From the human T2T-CHM13v2.0 reference genome, Homo sapiens: a stretch of 64,000 bases of DNA. The DNA is taken from NCBI RefSeq assembly GCF_009914755.1, contig NC_060928.1; one strand, written 5' to 3'. Below the pieces are notes generated by a model that searched no databases, was not told the DNA's origin, and saw only the letters and a program-made list of their open reading frames with translations. Numbering within the stretch: position 1 is the first letter of the stretch; each line of letters opens with the position of its first letter. The translations under genes and the position numbers were made by a program. Positions 60,450 through 64,000 of this stretch are shown piece after piece.

Positions 60450-62985
60450 AGTTAACAACTTTATTGAGGTATAACTGAAATACAATAAACTACACATATA
60501 TAAAGAGCACATTTTAAAAGTGTTGCCATATGTATACATCTGAGACACTATTATCACTGTCATCATGGCAAATGTACCCACTATCCCAGAAAGCTTCCTC
60601 ATGCTTCTCAATAATCCTCCTCTCCCACTCCTCAACACAACACATATTACCAAGAAGTATTGGTTTACATATACTTCCTAATTCCAAAGATTTGTTGGGT
60701 GTTAAATTTTGTCAAATACATTTTTTTCCTGCATCATTTGATAAGATAATGAGTTTTTTCTACTTCAACAAGTTAATAAGGTGAGTTACATTGATTTATT
60801 CTTGAATACTGAATCAGTTTTGCTTTCCTGGAATAACATAGGTCATGGGTTATTTTTTGTATATAGTGCTGTTTTTTATTTGCTAATAATTTGTTGAGAA
60901 TTTTTATGTCTGTCTTAATGCAGGATATTGATCTGAAATTGGTGTTTTTGTTTTTATGTAGTTTTGGGATTAATAAAATATTGTTCTCATAAAATGAATT
61001 GAAAAGTGTCCTTTACTTGCTATTTTCCAGAGGATATTGTATAGGAGTGATATTAATGCTTTCTTAAATATCTGGTAAAATTTTCCAGTAAAAATAAGTA
61101 GGCCTAGATATTTCTTTTATGGAATGTATTAAACTAAAAATTGAATTTAAAACATAGTTATAGGACTATTCTGATTATTTAATTCAACTTGGGTATAATT
61201 TGGTAGTTCAAACTTTTCATTGACTTTGTCCATTTAACATATCAAATTTGCATAGATTTGTTCATAGTGCCTCTTTATGATCCTTTTGATATATGTGGGG
61301 TCTGTAGTATATCTACACTTTCATTCCTTAATATCGGTCATATTTTTTCTCTGTCATTTTTGCTAGATGTTCATCAATTTTATTGATATTTTTAACAAAC
61401 CAGCTTTTACTTCATTAATTTTTAAGCTATTTTTATTATTTTTTTTTTGGCTTTGTTGCCCAGGCTGGAGTGCAGTGGCATGACCTCGGCTCACTGCAAC
61501 CCTCCGCCTCCCAGGCTCAAGCCATCTTCCCACGTCAGCCTACCAAGTAGCTGTTACTCCAGGCGCATGCCACCACACCTGGTTATTAAAAACAATTTTT
61601 TTTTTGTAAAGATTGTATTTCACCATGTTGCTCAGGCTGGTCTCAAACTTCTGAGCTCAAGGGATCTACCTGTCTCTGCCTCTCAGTGTGCTGGAATTAC
61701 AGATGTGAAACACTGCTCTTGGAACTTTAATTTTAAATTTCATTGCCATGCTCTTATCTTTTTCTTTTTTATTCTTCAACTTGCTTTGATTTTATTTTGC
61801 CCTTCTTTTTATACTTTCTTGAGGTGGGATCCTAGATTTTTTACTTGATAATATTCTTTTTTTTAATGTAAATTTTAGGTGCTATAAATTTATCTCTCAG
61901 TACTGCAGCAGCCATATTTCATAAATTTTGATATGTTATATTTTCATTTTCATTCCATTCAATGTAATTTTTAATAGTCTTTAGAATTCCTTTTGATTAT
62001 TTAGAAATGTGTTATTTATTTCCGGGTATTTGCAGATTTTTCTCTTACTTTTCTCTTATGGGTTTCTCATTTGTTTCCATTTTGGCCAGAAAATACACTC
62101 TGTATATTTGCAGTTATTTTAACTTTGTTTAGATTTTTTAATGGCAAATGATGTGATCTATCTTGTTGAATATTTCATAGGCACTTGTAAAGAATGTGTA
62201 TTTTGCTGCTGTTTGGTGGAGTGTTATATGAATGACAATTACAGTCTGTTGGTTGATGGTGTTCTGTTTTTTTCATAGCCTTGATAATTTCTGTCTAGTG
62301 GTACTATCAATTTCTCAGTGATCGTTTTTTTCTTAACTATAACTGTGAATTTGTTTATTCTATTTTAAGTTTTATCAGTTTTTGCTTCAAGTATTCTGAA
62401 GCTTTGTTTTTACTGTGTACATACTTAAGATTGCTATGCTTTTTGTTAGACTTACATATTAATTGTGTGTAAAGTCCCTTTCTGTCCCTAGCAATTTTCT
62501 TAGCATTCTCCTTTAACTGTTATTAATATTTTTTGTTTAATGCTTTCATGTTATATAACTTTGCACTCATTTACTTTAAACTGACTTGTATTGTTATATT
62601 GTTACATTTAAAGTGAGCTTCTTATAGACAACAAATAGTTGATTATTTTTTGTTTGTTGACTTTTTATCCACTATGCCAAACTTGTCAAGTTATAAACTT
62701 AAACCATTTGTATTTAGTGTAATTATTTATATAATAGGGCCTAAATCTTCCTTTTCCTTTTCTGTTTTCTGTTTGATTTCTTTGTTGGTTTTTTAAAAAT
62801 TTATTTGTTTTTTTTCCTGCATATCTGAGTGTTACGTAAACATTTTCTAAAATTTTATTTTTATTTATCCATAGTGGTTTTGAGTATATCTTTCTATAAA
62901 TCTTTTAGTACTTGTTTTAGATATTACATTACATGTGCATAACTTATTCTAGTCTAGTGGTTTTGTTATTTTAGTGGTCAATATA
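60450..62985 (-). mobile_element. Old L1M (MB/MC-like) with internal deletions, interrupted by AluJ
   Basis: 3' end 'aactttattgaggtataactgaaatacaataaact'; ORF2 antisense 'gctataaatttatctctcagtactgc', 'aagaatgtgtattttgctgctgtt'. Confidence 0.8.
61432..61722 (-). mobile_element. AluJ
   Basis: 'cccaggctggagtgcagtggc...ccaggctcaagccatcttccc', 'ctgagctcaagggatc'. Confidence 0.88.
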
Positions 62986-62989
62986 AGAT

Positions 62990-63320
62990 AGGGAGGAAGC
63001 CAGTGTTGTGTGTGGTTATCAAGGGTAACGTAAAGGATTTTTGGGGTAATGGGAGAGTTGTGTATTGGAGTTTAATTGTTGTAATGGAACTTTATATGTA
63101 AATATAATTATACAAATACACAGATTAGTGTATGTAAAATGGTAAAATTTGAATAAGGTCTGTGGATGGTATTATCACCAATTTACTGTATTTGATTTTG
63201 TACTATACACAAACTATCACCATTGGGGAAACTGGATGAAGGACACACAAGACTTTTCTGTGCTATCTCTTTTTTCAAATTTCTGTGAACTTATGAGATT
63301 TTTGATATACAAAGGTAAAG
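62990..63320 (+). mobile_element. L1MC/ME 3' end fragment
   Basis: 'ctatcaccattggggaaactggatgaaggacacacaagac'. Confidence 0.6.
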
Positions 63321-64000
63321 AAAATAAAGGTGATGCTTGATTTTTATGTGAAGTGGGGAATAAATGGAATCTTATGAAGCTCTCAAGTATAATAAAATAT
63401 GCTAAATATAACCACAAATAGTATCAGCCAAATAGTGGTTTTAACTGGACTTATCAGCAAAAATGATTTATGTTGTAATTCTCAAATTGTGTATTAAAAT
63501 TACATAAACATCCCATACTTAGCACTATGTCTTCTCTTTTTGCTCACTACAGTAACAAGTCATTCTTGTTCATAGCATGATTAATATCTTTGCATTATTT
63601 ATCTAAACATTATCTTAATGAATAATCAATCATGCATTCTAGCCCAATGAACATGGGCTATATGACAATAAAACAAATTTTTAGAAATTGGATTACTTTC
63701 ATCTAAACAATTACATTCATGTAGAAAGCAGGAGGGAAATAAAAAACCCATCGTTTTGAAAATAATGATGTTAAATTGCTGAAGGATAGTTTCTTCAATA
63801 ATTGATAAAATACGTACCACAGATAAACAGTTGATGAGTGTACTTAACTTATATGGTAAAGGTATTTAATAAACGCACTTTTAAGGAAGGAGAATAAAAC
63901 AATATAGGAGTTATACATGCCTCTATTTTATTCTGACAGGGCCGATTTGGTATAATTTTGTGTTTTTCTATTAAAATTTAATATAGAAAAAGATGATTTT

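Noticed and set aside
61447-61848. 133-aa ORF, and similar ORFs at 51202-51478 and 53248-53503
   Set aside because: Typical antisense Alu translations (LPRLECSG..., SWDYR).

Overview
This is AT-rich primate, very probably human, non-coding DNA (intergenic or deep intronic). About two thirds can be recognised by eye as transposable-element relics. I found no protein-coding exon, RNA gene, CRISPR array or novel gene system. The supplied ORFs are decayed L1/ERV frames, Alu or MER52 antisense frames, or chance ORFs. The main structure is an ancient minus-strand ERVL-class provirus (LTR16A/HERV16-like, ~6.3-19.5 kb) with nested later insertions: L1MB, MLT2, an Alu monomer, a near-full-length L1PA8-like element, and a MER52 LTR that itself holds an AluY. 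Other notable structures are a trimeric Alu with a young Ya5-lineage core (39.4-39.8 kb), a twin-primed 5'-inverted L1 (45.4-48.6 kb), a 52-bp dispersed duplication, and small template-switch scars. Subfamily names come from recalled consensus motifs, not from a search, and boundaries are approximate unless a target-site duplication (TSD) is quoted.
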